This document shows, in pieces, positions 36,080 to 48,295 of a stretch of DNA of 64,000 nt (within the stretch, counting starts at the first letter, position 1; the number at the start of each line of letters is the position of its first letter). The position numbers and the translations under genes are program-made. Location of the stretch: positions 17,794,001-17,858,000 of the forward strand of contig OZ024757.1 of NCBI GenBank assembly GCA_964016885.1, read 5' to 3'. The notes beneath the pieces are model-generated. The model was given only the letters and a program-made list of their open reading frames with translations, was not told the DNA's origin and did no database searches. This stretch comes from Eledone cirrhosa. Lineage: Eukaryota.

Positions 36080-38075
36080 TATTATCGGTTTCAGCATTTT
36101 TATGCATTATCAAATGATATGTATTGATGTAAAATGGTGGTGGTGAACATGTTAAGAAAATGGTGAAGAAAGAATAATGTTATTTACAAACAAGGGTTAT
36201 GAAGTGAAAAGAAAAAAGAAAAAAGAAAAAACAGGGGCGTAATAGGACAATGTGAAAGGAAAAATAATATTATTTACAGGCATAGTTCTTGAAGATAAGC
36301 AGATCAAAATGTGTTAATATAGCAAGAGCGCTTAGTTGATCCATGATGGAGGAAAATGGTAGTCTGGGGTTTGATATGATTTCGCTTTTTAGAGAGTTAA
36401 TATGGAGGGGGAGGTAATTCAGGGTGGTCAACTAGGGGGGTGGAATGATGGATGGTATTTAATTTATATAAGAAAAAGGATTATGTAGGGTGTAAGGGAC
36501 GTAACTCTTTAGAGAACGTAGGGATTTGGGATTATGGTTCATTGTTCGTTCCAGTTTTAGTTTAGTATTTCATTAACAAATTCCAGCCTCTGCTTAATGC
36601 AGAAGTTGGAATTGTTAATGAAATACGTTTCCTTATTGGTACGATGGATGAAAGTAGCGTTGTCTATGAATTTGTAAATGGGGAAAAATTTTAAAGTTTG
36701 GATGTTGGTTGGGTGCACAATTGACGATATGTTCAAGAAACGCAATCTTTCTGTATTCCTGTATTTTGATTTGTGATCTATGGACGGTCATACGTTGTCG
36801 GAGGCTGTTTTTTGTCTGACCTATGTAGTGGAGCAGGTCAAAACAGATTAGGTTTTCAGATGCACATGTAAAGTTGTGTTTAACTGTGAAATGTTGTCCT
36901 TGTTTAAAATGGAATGTTGAACCTTCTATTAGATTTATGCATATGCCACAGTTGGGCCTTCCGCATTTTTTTACTGTAGGGTTCATTGTGAGGGTTGGTT
37001 GGATTTTGGCTTGTGTGAGGATGTTTTTTATGGATTTAGGTTGTCTTTTGCTCTTTATGATGTGTGTTTAGAGGATTTTGTTCATTCTTGGGTCTCTTTT
37101 TAGTAAAGGAATGTTCTGGAGCAAAGTTTCTCAACGGGAGGCATATGCACCCCCGGGGCGTTTCGGAACTCCAGGGGGGCGTTTGGGAGCAAGGTCGCGT
37201 TAGGGGGGGGGGGGGGGGGGGGGGGGCATTTAGAGCTGGGGGGGGGGGGGGGGTCAGGGGGGGGGGGGGCTCTTTATTTTGGTAAGTTTTATAAGCCATA
37301 TTTGTATGTCTTTGAGACAGCCAGTGTGAATGCATTTGAATGAGCTTGCATAACTATAGTCTGACCGCAGCTGTGAGCAGGTGTGCAGGCATGTCCGGTA
37401 ATTGAGATCATAAAAATGGAAAAACCCACAGTCAACTGGGTCAAAGACACTTTGGACGCAGCCAGTTAAATCTTATCTTTCCTTCACCGATAACAATGTA
37501 TTTCATGTCTGAAATTATTGACTTAACTGCAACGAGTTAACACTATGTAGATCTATTTTATTCCCTATTGTTTAATTAATATTACAAATAAAAAAAAAAA
37601 AGAAAAGAAAAAACAGAAGCGAGTAGCACACACATCTAGGACCACATACAACACATAATCAGATAATACACACAACTTTGGAATATTGTTAATCAATTTT
37701 TTAGTAATCTACTGATATAAAAATCAATAGTATATTGAAAAATGGAAAAATAGGGGGGGGGGCGTTTTGTGGCCTAAATGGGTTGAGAACCTGTGTTCTG
37801 GAGGATGGTGTCGAATGCATCATTGTTGAGGGGGTTGTGTATGGAGATGTATGGTAGAGTTTTCTAAGGGAAATCATATCAAACCCCAGACTACCATCTG
37901 CCTTCATCAACTAAGCACTCTTGCTATAACACATTTTGATCTGCTTATCTTCAAGAACTATGCCTGTAAATAATATTATCTTTTTTTTCAGATTGCTCTA
38001 TTATGTTCCACATTACGCCCCCGCCCCTTTTTTTTAATTGCCAAAGGAGAATGCGAGACGTGTCAATAACAACTA
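36080..38075 (-). mobile_element. Penelope-like element remnant (GIY-YIG endonuclease) with an inverted terminal duplication
   Basis: CGRPNCGIC..FTCASENLI..YIGQTKNSLRQRMTVHRSQI. 36265-36385 is the inverted copy of 37870-37980. Confidence 0.8.
37122..37795. mobile_element. hAT (Charlie-type) non-autonomous element inserted in the Penelope remnant
   Basis: TIRs CAAAGTTTCTCAAC and CACAGGTTCTCAAC. 8-bp TSD TTCTGGAG at 37114-37121 and 37796-37803. Confidence 0.85.
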
Positions 38076-38299
38076 TTTATTGCATAATTGTTACTTTCAA
38101 AGTGATAAGCGACATTTTTCTAATCCTTGTGTGACTTTGCGTTAAAAAATCTCCATTAGAACTGCCGTAAGTAGGAACGCGGTTGAGAAAGAGAAGGAAG
38201 TAGAAAGTGCAGAGTAGAAGAGAGAGAGGGACAGAAAAAGAAAGAGAAAGGATCTCTGAAGGAGGGAAACAGCGACAGAAAGAAAGAGACAAAGAAAAA

Positions 38300-38300
38300 G

Positions 38301-38379
<79 letters not shown>

Positions 38380-38490
38380 CTGTGTGAGAGAAGGGACTGG
38401 CAAAAAGAGAGAGAAAGAAGAGGCTGTGTGAGAGAAGGGACTGGCAAAAAGAGAGAGAAAGAAGAGGCTGTGTGAGAGGGGAAAGAAAGA
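38300..38490. repeat. (GA)n microsatellite plus short tandem duplications
   Basis: Visible. Confidence 0.95.
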
Positions 38491-39089
38491 GAGAGTGAGA
38501 CAGTAAGTAACCACATGTTGTGAGAAGAGAAGCAGACGACAATATGAAATATTAAAAATATTTGAAAAATATTTTTGCAAATATGACAATATTTTATATA
38601 TACATACATGCATAGATAAATCTACATATACAATTGCATGTGTATAGTAAAAAATATATGTGTATGTATGCATATGAAAACACGTATACATAAATGAAGG
38701 TAGAAGTAAAATACGTATATAGTAGTTGATAGACGACTATATACGCACATATAAATAAGAATATATACATACATTAAAATATAAAAATTAAATGGTAAAA
38801 TAATATAATAAAAATTAAAGATAAAAATTAAAATTAAATTAAAAATAAAAATAAAACACCTTATGCAAAAATATACATATATAAATTATAAATGAATAAA
38901 AGCAAACATAAAATGATCAAAAAGCTAATAAAAATGAAATAAAACAAGCATGGACACTTACGGACGTAAAGACAAAAAACATAAACAAAAGGCGAAGAAA
39001 CAAAAAGACTAAAACTAAAACACAAAAAAACACACTCATAGAAAAGCATGATATACATATACATAAAAAGTTAGGGCTAAACACACAGT

Positions 39090-40618
39090 ACACACACATA
39101 TATACATGCATATATGGCGACGTACACAAATATACATATACACACACATATATACATGCATATATGTGTGTGTATATGTATATTTGTGTACGTCGCCATA
39201 TATACATGCATATATGGCGACGTACACAAATATACATATCTATCTATCTAAGGCGGGTAAAATTCCCGAGATCCATGGACGAGTTCTCTCCTGCGGTCTC
39301 TGTCCCTCATTATCGCTGCCATGTCCTGCATCTCCAACAGACCAGTGTCTGTCCTTAGGGCATCAACATATGTTAACCTTGGTCTTCCTCTTCTAGTGTG
39401 TCTATGTAGGGGCTCTGACCAAGAAACTCACTCAGATGGTGGATGGGTGCTACACGAGAATGCTGAGGATGGCTCTGAACATTAATCAGTATACACTGAG
39501 GATGAAAAACTCAGAGCTGTATGGGAGCATCCCAAAAGTCAGCTCGAAAGTGACACAGAGGAGACTGAGGTTGGCTGGACATGCTCACCGACATCCAGAG
39601 TTGACAAATATACATATACACACACATATATACATGCATATATGGCGACGTACACAAATGTACATATACACACACATACATACATGCATATATGATGACG
39701 TACACAAATATAGATATACACACACATATATACATGCATATATGGCGACGTACACAAATATACATATACACACACATACATACATGTATATATGGCGACG
39801 TACACAAATATACATATACACACACATACATACATACATGCATATATGATGACGTACACAAATATACATATACACACACATATATACATGAATATATGGC
39901 GACGTACACAAATGTACATATACACACACATACATGCATATATGATGACGTACACAAATATACATATACACACACATATATACATGAATATATGGCGACG
40001 TACACAAATATACATATACACACACATATATACATGAATATATGGCGACGTACACAAATATACATACACATACATACATGTATATATGGCGACGTACACA
40101 AATATACATATACACACACATACATACATACATATATGATGACATACACAAATATACATATACACACACATATATACATGAATATATGGCGACGTACACA
40201 AATGTACATATACACACACATACATGCATATATGGCGACGTACACAAATATACATATACACACACATACATACATACATGCATATATGATGACGTACACA
40301 AATATACATATACACACACATATATACATGAATATATGGCGACGTACACAAATATACATACACATACATACATGTATATATGGCGACGTACACAAATATG
40401 CATATACACACACATACATACATACATATATGATGACATACACAAATATACATATACACACACATATATACATGAATATATGGCGACGTACACAAATGTA
40501 CATATACACACACATACATGCATATATGGCGACGTACACAAATATACATATACACACACATACATACATACATACATGCATATATGATGACGTACACAAA
40601 TATACATATACACACACA
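39090..40618. repeat. ~50-bp minisatellite (TATGGCGACGTACACAAATATACATATACACACACA...), interrupted by a LINE fragment
   Basis: Visible tandem units, with one inverted unit at ~39160-39205. Confidence 0.93.
39237..39605. mobile_element. RTE-type LINE 3' insertion with a 5' inversion
   Basis: Minus strand 39400-39250 reads HTRRGRPRLTYVD.. then a stop and an (ATAG)n tail. Plus strand 39410-39605 reads DGCYTRMLR..RRLRLAGH. Confidence 0.8.
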
Positions 40619-40619
40619 T

Positions 40620-40761
40620 TTTTGCTCAGAACACTCCCTGAAACATAAGTAGTATTACATGTGTAAAGTTTGAAAACAGTTGGTTGGGTGGTTCTCGAGT
40701 TTTAGAGATTCGAACTCTCACACACACACAGACAGACATCCTCAGTTTTATATATATAGAT
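40620..40761 (-). mobile_element. Helitron 5' fragment
   Basis: TCTATATATATAAAACTGAGGATGTCTGTC matches the start at 21989. Confidence 0.65.
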
Positions 40762-41165
40762 AATTGTTTCTACTTTGGCACAAGGCCAGCAATTACCCAG
40801 TACATTACTGGTACTTTATTTTATCGACTCCGTAAGGATGGAGGGCAAAGTTAACCTCGGCGGGATTTGAACTCAGACCGTAAAGGGACGTAACTATGCT
40901 GGAAAGCATGGCGTCGGACTCTCTACCGATACTGCCAATCCACTTAAATAATGATTTCTAGTATAGGCACACGGTCAGTAATTTGGAGGAGGGGAAAGTC
41001 GATTAAATCGACCCCAGTGCATGACTGGTACTTTATTTTATCGACCCCATAAAGATGAAAGGCAAAGTTAACCTCGGCGGGATTTGAACTCAGATCATAA
41101 AGGGTCGTAACTCTATGCTACAAAGCATGGAGTCTGACTCTTCCGATACGCCAATCCACCACCCT
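40762..41165 (-). mobile_element. Two tandem tRNA-derived SINEs
   Basis: A/B boxes, Meta-like core and 3' end GGCCTTGTGCCAAAGTAGAAACAATTA. Confidence 0.85.
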
Positions 41166-41279
41166 TCTTTTATCTTAAATAATACCACACCTTACACATT
41201 GTTGCAGCCTTCGAGTTACATACTCTCTTATACTTAACACGCAATGTTTCAAACAAACTACAACAATCTATCTATCTAT

Positions 41280-43350
41280 GTCGAAGAGGCAATTAGAAGT
41301 GGCAACGTAGCCAGCGTGCTAGCAACGAGAACGACCTTGGACTAGTTCTTCGACGCAAAGGACGAGGGCTGCGTTGTCAGAAACAAAATACGTGCTCTGG
41401 GTAACGAGGGAGCCAAAGCTGTTAGCTGGACCCGGTTAAAGGAGTCTAAAAGTGGCAACAAGTCCACGATTCGGTCTTTGAAGGACCAAGACAGACGCGT
41501 GATACGTGAGCCGAAGCAGATGTGCGCGGCCTTTCAGCGGCACTTTGCTCAGCTGTTCGCGCAGGGCGGCGCGCCGGGAGGGACTATGGATTTCCGACCA
41601 TACCTCGACGGCCTGCCGCGGCTCTCGGACAGCGAGGCGAAGTTCTGCGAAAGGCCGATTTCAGCCTCTGAGATAGGGGACGCGCTGAGCCAATGCGGCA
41701 AACGCAAATCTCCAGGTCTCGACGGTTCTCCTGGAAGCGGTCTACTGCAAGTGGCAGCAGAACGGGAGAATTCCCAGTTCTGTGACCAGGGGCGTAGTCA
41801 CGCTAGTCAGGAAGGACGAGAATAAGGGGGATGACATAGGCAACTTCCGCCCCATAACTCTGCTAAACACAGAGTTACAGATTTTGGCCAAGGTGTTGGC
41901 AAAGAGGCTGGCGCATGTCGTCAAAAACCTGGTGGGAGAAGCGCAGACATGCGCAATCCCGACCAGGTCCATACACGACAACCTCCACCTCATGCGATAC
42001 TTCGTAGAGAGGGTTGGGTGTAAACCCGGCTTCGGTGGGGCCCTGATCAACTTGGATCCGTCTAAGGCTTTCGATAGGGTTGGCCATCGTTACCTGGATG
42101 CGGTGCTCGAGGCGGCAGGCTTCGGACTCGTGTTCATGGGCTGGATTGCTGCAATGCACAGCAGCAACATCTGCTCAAGAGTCAAGGTGAGCGGCTACCT
42201 CTCGGAGCCGTTCAATATCACGCGATCCATCCGACAGGATGCCCTCTCTCCTCCCTTCTGTATGTACTGACTCTCGAGCCACTACTGCGGAAGTTGGAGC
42301 TATTGCAGGGCATCCCCCTGGAACCGGCATTGCGGAAAGCAGCGTCGGCCTAGGCCGACGACATGACAGTAATGGTGTCGAGCACCTCGCAAATCGAGGA
42401 AGTCGGCACACTACTGAAGGAATACAAAAGGTTCACAGGAGCGAAGCTGAACAAGTCCATCGGTTTGCAACTCGGATCGTGGAGAGGAAAACCGATGCCT
42501 TCCGATGACGTCGTCGGACGCTGGGCGGAAGGACCGGTGAAGCTGCTCGGGGTCTGGTTTGGTCCGGATCTCCAGGAGGAGAAGAACTGGAACGAGGTGA
42601 CGGCCAAGGTGTTTGCACTCACCCAGAGGTGTGCCGAGTGTAAACTATCCTTGAAAGGTCGAGCGGAGGTGGCGAACACTTTTATAGCGTCCGTCATCTA
42701 CTACCGCTTGACCGTTGTGCCTTGTCCAGCCAAAACGCTCACCAAAATGGAGCGCGCGCTCTTCCAATTCCTTTGGAAGAAGCGGGCTCCTTTGGTGAGA
42801 AGATCCATCTGCTGCCAACACGCTTCCAATGGAGGGCTGGGGATGCCGTGGCTAACGATGCGCAAACACGCGCTCAGGCTGCGGCATCTCCACGTATTCC
42901 TCACCGGTCAACCGGTGTGGGCTCCGTTCGTAAGGCGAGCCTTCCCACGACTCGTTTCGCTGACCGAGCTGCAGTCCTGGGTCAAGCAAAGACCAAGGAA
43001 AATGGGCGACTGACACATCGAATGTGCTCAGGCGCTCACAGCCCTCTGGCAGGCGGACCTGGCGATCAGTGGAGACCCCACTTCGTCATTCTATAGAGGG
43101 TTGGTCCGCATCAAATGGGACGACGCGCTCGGAGAAACTCTAGGCGTAGAGGAAGACGAACTGGCCAGTCTGTTCGGTAGGACCTTCTGCCCGGGACCGA
43201 TGGACAACTTCCAAAAGTCCCTGGCCTGGCAGTACTACTGAGGAGCTCTACCAGTTCGAGACAAGCTCTTCAGACATGGACGCCCGGGCAGGGACCCTTC
43301 TAAAAAGATCTATCCGAGATGCGTGCGAGACGAAGAAACCGTTGCGCACG
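41280..43350 (+). mobile_element. Decayed Tx1 ORF2 fragment H (family A-like), truncated at both ends
   Basis: Strong similarity to element A ORF2, including GRPGRDP. Frameshifts and stops. 5' junction in (ATCT)n. Confidence 0.9.
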
Positions 43351-46300
43351 TGAAACTTGAAAAAGTTAATTAGGGATTCGCCGAAGAGGAAAGTGTCTGT
43401 CTTTAACCCTTTTAACCTTGTCCACCACACAATCTCTTTCGCCATGGCCACCAGGCAGATGAAAACTGCCTGCCCTTCCTCCTCGAAGGAAGACGGCGAG
43501 ACCATCTGCACAATGGACTCAGTCGACAACCGGATCAGTCCCACACGCGACAGCAACTGTTCGACATAGCTCCACAAGTCAGCAATGCTCGGGCACTGAA
43601 CGAGTGCGTGCACAACGGTTTCGTCGCTCTGCGTGCATCTCGGACAGGCTCGGCTGACGGCACTTCCATGCCTGTAGAGCTTATCTCGAACCGGCAGCGC
43701 TCCCCGGTAGCACTGCCAGGCCAGGGATTTTTGGAAGTTATCCATAGGCCCCGGGCTGAAAGTTCTCCGGAAGAGAGCAAACAGCTGATCTTCTTCGACG
43801 CCCAGGATCTCTCCGAGAACGTCGTCGCTCTTCCCCTCCACTAGTCCTCTATAGAACGCCGAGGTGGATGTTCCACTGATACTGGTGCCCAGCTGGGAGA
43901 GGGCATTGAGCGCCTGGAGACATTCCAGTTTCCAAGCGCTATCCCTCGGTCTTTTTCTGACCCAGGACTGCAGCTCCGTCAAGGAGACGAGCTGTGGGAA
44001 AACATGCCTGGCGAACGGCGACCACAACCGTTCACCATCAAGGAAGCACCAGAGATGTCGCAGCCTCAGCGCATGTTTGCGCATCATCAGCCATGGCATG
44101 CCCAGTCCTCCACGCAACGGGTGTTGATAGCAGATGGATCGTCTGACCATGGGAGCGCGTCCCTTCCACAAAAAGCGGAAGAGGAGGCGCTCCATTTTGG
44201 TGAGAGTTGGGCTGGAGCAAGGGACGACGGTGAGGCGGTAGCAGATGACGGATGCGATGTACGCATTCGCCACCTCCGCCCGGCCTTTCAGGGACGGCTT
44301 CCTCTCAGCCCATTTCTGGGTGAGGGAGGCCACCCCGCTCGTCACCTCGTTCCAGTTTTTCTCCATCTGGAGGTCCGGTCCGAACCAGACCCCGAGCAAT
44401 TTAACCGGTCCGTCCGTCCAACGCCCCACGACGCTGTCGGACGGCATGGACTTGCCTCTCCAGGTGCCGGGCTGCAAGCCCACCGACATTTCCTGGTTTA
44501 TCTTTGCTCCTGTCACCGCTTCGTATTCCTTGAGAGCGGTGCCGAGCATCTGGACGTGTCTGGTGCTCGACACCACCACGGTGACGTCGTCAGCGTAAGT
44601 CGACTCGGATTTCCCGCATCCTAGTTCGCGTGGGACGCCCCTCATCGCCCCCAGTTTGTGCAGTAACGGCTCGAGAGCCAATACATTCAAGAGGGACGAG
44701 AGGAGACAACCCTGGAAGACTGAGCGCATGATGCTGAACGGCTGCTATAGGTGACCGTTCACCCTCACAACTGAGCAGATGTCGCTGTACATTGCTGCGA
44801 TCCAACCCCTGAAAACGGGCCCGAAACCGGCTGCCTCGAGGACCGCCGCCAGGTACCGATAGTCGACCCTGTCGAATGCTTTGGATTATTCCAAGTTGAT
44901 CAGGGCCCTACCCTTGCCAGGTACCTTAACCACCCTCTCTATGGTGTATCGCATGAGGTGGAGGTTGTCGTGTATGGATCTGTCCGGAATGGCGCATGTC
45001 TGCGCCTCTCCCACCAGACCCTTGACGACAAGCGCCAACCTCGTTGCTAACACCTTGGCCAAAATCTTGAACTCTGCGTTTAGCAGGGTTATGGGCCTGA
45101 AATTATCGATAACATCCCCCTTGTTCGGGTCTTTTCTCAGCAGCGCTACTGCTCCCCGGCTCACAAAACTGAGAATGCTCCCGTTCTGCTGCCAGTTGCA
45201 GTAGACGTCTGCCAAGAGGTCACCGAACAAGTCTGGCATAAATGCATAAAGCTCGTAGGGCAGAACATCTAAACCTGGCGATTTACCCCTTGTGCAGTTA
45301 GCCATCGCTTCCCGTATTTCACCGGCTGTTTTTGGCCTTTCGCAACACAGTGCTGCGGTCGTCGAGAGCCGAGGCAGTCCGTCGAGTTATGCACTGAAGT
45401 CCATGCCCCGATCCGGGTCGCCGCCGCTCCCGAACAGTTCAGCAAAGTGCTGCTGAAAAGCTTCACACATCCGCTCGGGTTCGAGCATCACGCACCCGTT
45501 TTGGTCAGACAAAGACCGAATTGTGACTTTGTTGCCACGTCGCGCCTCTGCCACCCGGGCCCATTGGACGGCTTTTGTCCCCTCGTGTTTCAGAGCACGC
45601 GCTCTAGCTCTGACAACGCAACCTTCGTGTTTTGCGTTGAAGAATTGGTCGAGTGCCAATCTCGCCGCAAGCACGTCGGTTGCGATGCCTGTCCTAAACG
45701 CCTCTTCTAGCTTTCTGACTAGCTCTCCCTCTACTCTATTTTCCTCTATGACTACTCCTTTGCTAAACCTAATCGACTCTACTTTAATTGCCCTTTTCAG
45801 GGCAAACCACCACCTGTTGTTGACGTCCGCTCCCGTCAACGCCCGCTTAACTAATACGCTAATCCGGTCTCTGTAGGCTTTGCGCACCGGGAAAGACACG
45901 TTTAGCTTCCAGTAACCAAGCCCTTGTCTATGAAGTCTGTCTATGTCTATCTCACAGATCACAAATTTGTGGTCTGTGTAGTCGACTATTTTAAATTGTG
46001 GACAACTTATACTAGCCTTATCTAGTTCTCTGCAGAATACCCTATCGAGATACGATCTGGATGACCCGATACGGTTTGTCCATGTCCACATTGGCACATT
46101 CGGGTGATCCAGTCGATACCTGTCAGACAGTTCAAAACGTCTGAGCAGATTGGTGAGGCTCTTGCACCCTCCTCCCCTATCCACTAGCCCCACACGATCC
46201 CAGCGTGCATCCAAGATACCGTTCCAGTCGCCCACTAACACTAAAGAGCGGGACGTTCAAAGAAAGGTCTCTAGACGTCTGAAGAAATCTGGCCGACCTG

Positions 46301-47220
46301 CCCCTGTTGGGGCGTAGACGGCTACTAGCCTGAAAGCATTGCCTTCGCTGCCGGTCACGTCCAGCACCACCGACTTACCTTCTGGGTCCAGGAAGATGGC
46401 CCGTATCGCGAGATCCAAGCCTCTCCGAAAAAGGACGGCAACCCCTCCCCCCGATCCTGGACGGTTGGGAGATGCGTATACATCGTAGCCGCCGAAGATC
46501 GGTGCGAAAGCTTGTGCTTCGGAGATTCTGGTTTCACTGATGGCCACCACATCTATGTTTAGTGACCTGAGGTCATTGAGCAGGTAACCCTGCTTCCAAG
46601 ATGACCCCAGGCCACGTGCATTTATACTGCCTATTCTGAGTACAGCCATGTTGGATGAGAAACGGGGCAAGTGAGAAAGGGTCACTTACCTTGTTCGTGT
46701 GGTGAAGGGACAGTAGAACCGCCCCTTTCGCTGGTCATGGGTGTTTCCAAGAGGATGTCAGTGTATATCCTCTTGGTAACCGACCGTCTGAAGTCTCCAA
46801 CTGCGTTGGGGAATTTTTGTTTTAAAGGTTTGTACTGTTCTATTGAGATTTCAATGATGCTTATGTTTGTCGGGAGAGTTCTTGGTGTTGGTGGGGTGTA
46901 GTAGTTTTTTTCTGTGATGTCTGTGTGTTGCTTTATATATTGTATGAGTTCTTTTTTTGCCATGTTTATGGCTGTGTACTTTTTGGCGGGAGGGGTGATT
47001 TTGTTGCTGTTTTCTTCTTGTTGCTGTTTGGTGTGTGTATCTTGTTGTGTTTGCGTTGTTGGTGTTTGTGGTGGTGATGGTGGTGGTGTGGCTGCAAGTT
47101 TCCTTGCTGCCTTTACCCCTCTTTGTATGCCTTCGCTTTTGGAGGGTGAATCTAAGGGTTTTTTTGTTTTTTGTTTTTTGTGGCAGACCGTTTGCCACTT
47201 GACAGTTTGCACTTGACCGT
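43351..47220 (-). mobile_element. Decayed Tx1 element D (ORF1 C-terminus plus frameshifted ORF2), 3'-truncated
   Basis: ORFs 46682-47251, 46257-46649, 45387-46241, 44886-45305 and 43248-44729 together tile a B-like element. Confidence 0.9.
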
Positions 47221-47880
47221 TTGCATCTCGGACAGGCTCGGATGACGGCACTTCCGTGCCTGTAGAGCTTATCTCGAACCGGCAAGGCTCCTCGGTAACA
47301 CTTCCAGGCTAGGGATTTTTGGAAGTTATCCATAGGCCCTGGGCTGAAAGTTCTCCGGAAGAGAGCAAACAGCTGATCTTCTTCGACGCCCAGGATCTCT
47401 CCGAGAACGTCGTCGCTCTTCCCCTCCACTCGCCGAGGTGGATGTTCCACCGATACTGGTGCCCAGCTGGCAGAGGGCAGTGAGAGCCTGGAGACATTCC
47501 AGTTTCCAAGCGCTATCCCCCGGTCTTTTTCTGACCCAGGACTGCAGCTCCGTCAAGGAGAAGAGCTGTGGGAAAACGTGCCTGGCGAACGGCGACCACC
47601 CCTGTTCGCCGTCAACGAAGCACCAGAGATGTCGCAGCCTCAGCGCATGTTTGCACATCATCAGCCATGGCATGCCCAGTCCTCCACGCAACGGGTGTTG
47701 ACAGCAGGTGGATCGTCTGACCATGGAGCGCGTCCCTTCCACAAAAAGCGGAAGAGGAGGCGCTCCATTTGGGTGAGAGTTGGGCCGGGGCAAGGGTCGA
47801 CGGTGAGGCGGTAGCAGATGACGGATGCGATGTACGCATTCGCCACCTCCGCCCAGCCTTTCAGGGACAGCTTCCTCTCG
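47221..47880 (-). mobile_element. Second D-like ORF2 internal fragment joined to ORF1 of D
   Basis: Near-duplicate of 43635-44305 with small deletions. Confidence 0.85.
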
Positions 47881-47977
47881 GAAATAATAATAATAATAAT
47901 TGTTTCTACTTTTGGCACAAGGCCAGCAAATACCCAGTGTATTACTGGTACTTTATTTTATCGACCCCACAGTGATG

Positions 47978-48034
<57 letters not shown>

Positions 48035-48295
48035 TTTCTTTATTAACCACAAGGGTTTACATAAAGTAGACATTAAGGACAGTGCAGGACAATGCAGGAC
48101 GGTACAAATGGGCATTTCTGCGTGTAAAAAAAACAAAAACAGAGGATGTAACAAAAATAACAATGAAAATAACAATGAAAAATTCCCCAATAGGGGGGAG
48201 ACTTCGGAGGGACATTTGTGGAGAAAGCCCAGTAAAAAGCCACAATGACCCTGACCACCAAGGCAAGTGCCCTCTCCCAGTTTTCCACCTTTAGT

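Noticed and set aside
37200-37270. Long G runs as a functional G-quadruplex
   Set aside because: They are homopolymers inside a hAT MITE. Their length is error-prone and there is no supporting context.
35099-38172. Isolated GTAAGT donors at 35104-35099 (-) and 38167-38172 (+) as first exons of BDH2 and of a divergent gene
   Set aside because: A BDH2 5'UTR exon is likely to exist upstream, but single hexamers without transcript evidence cannot locate it.
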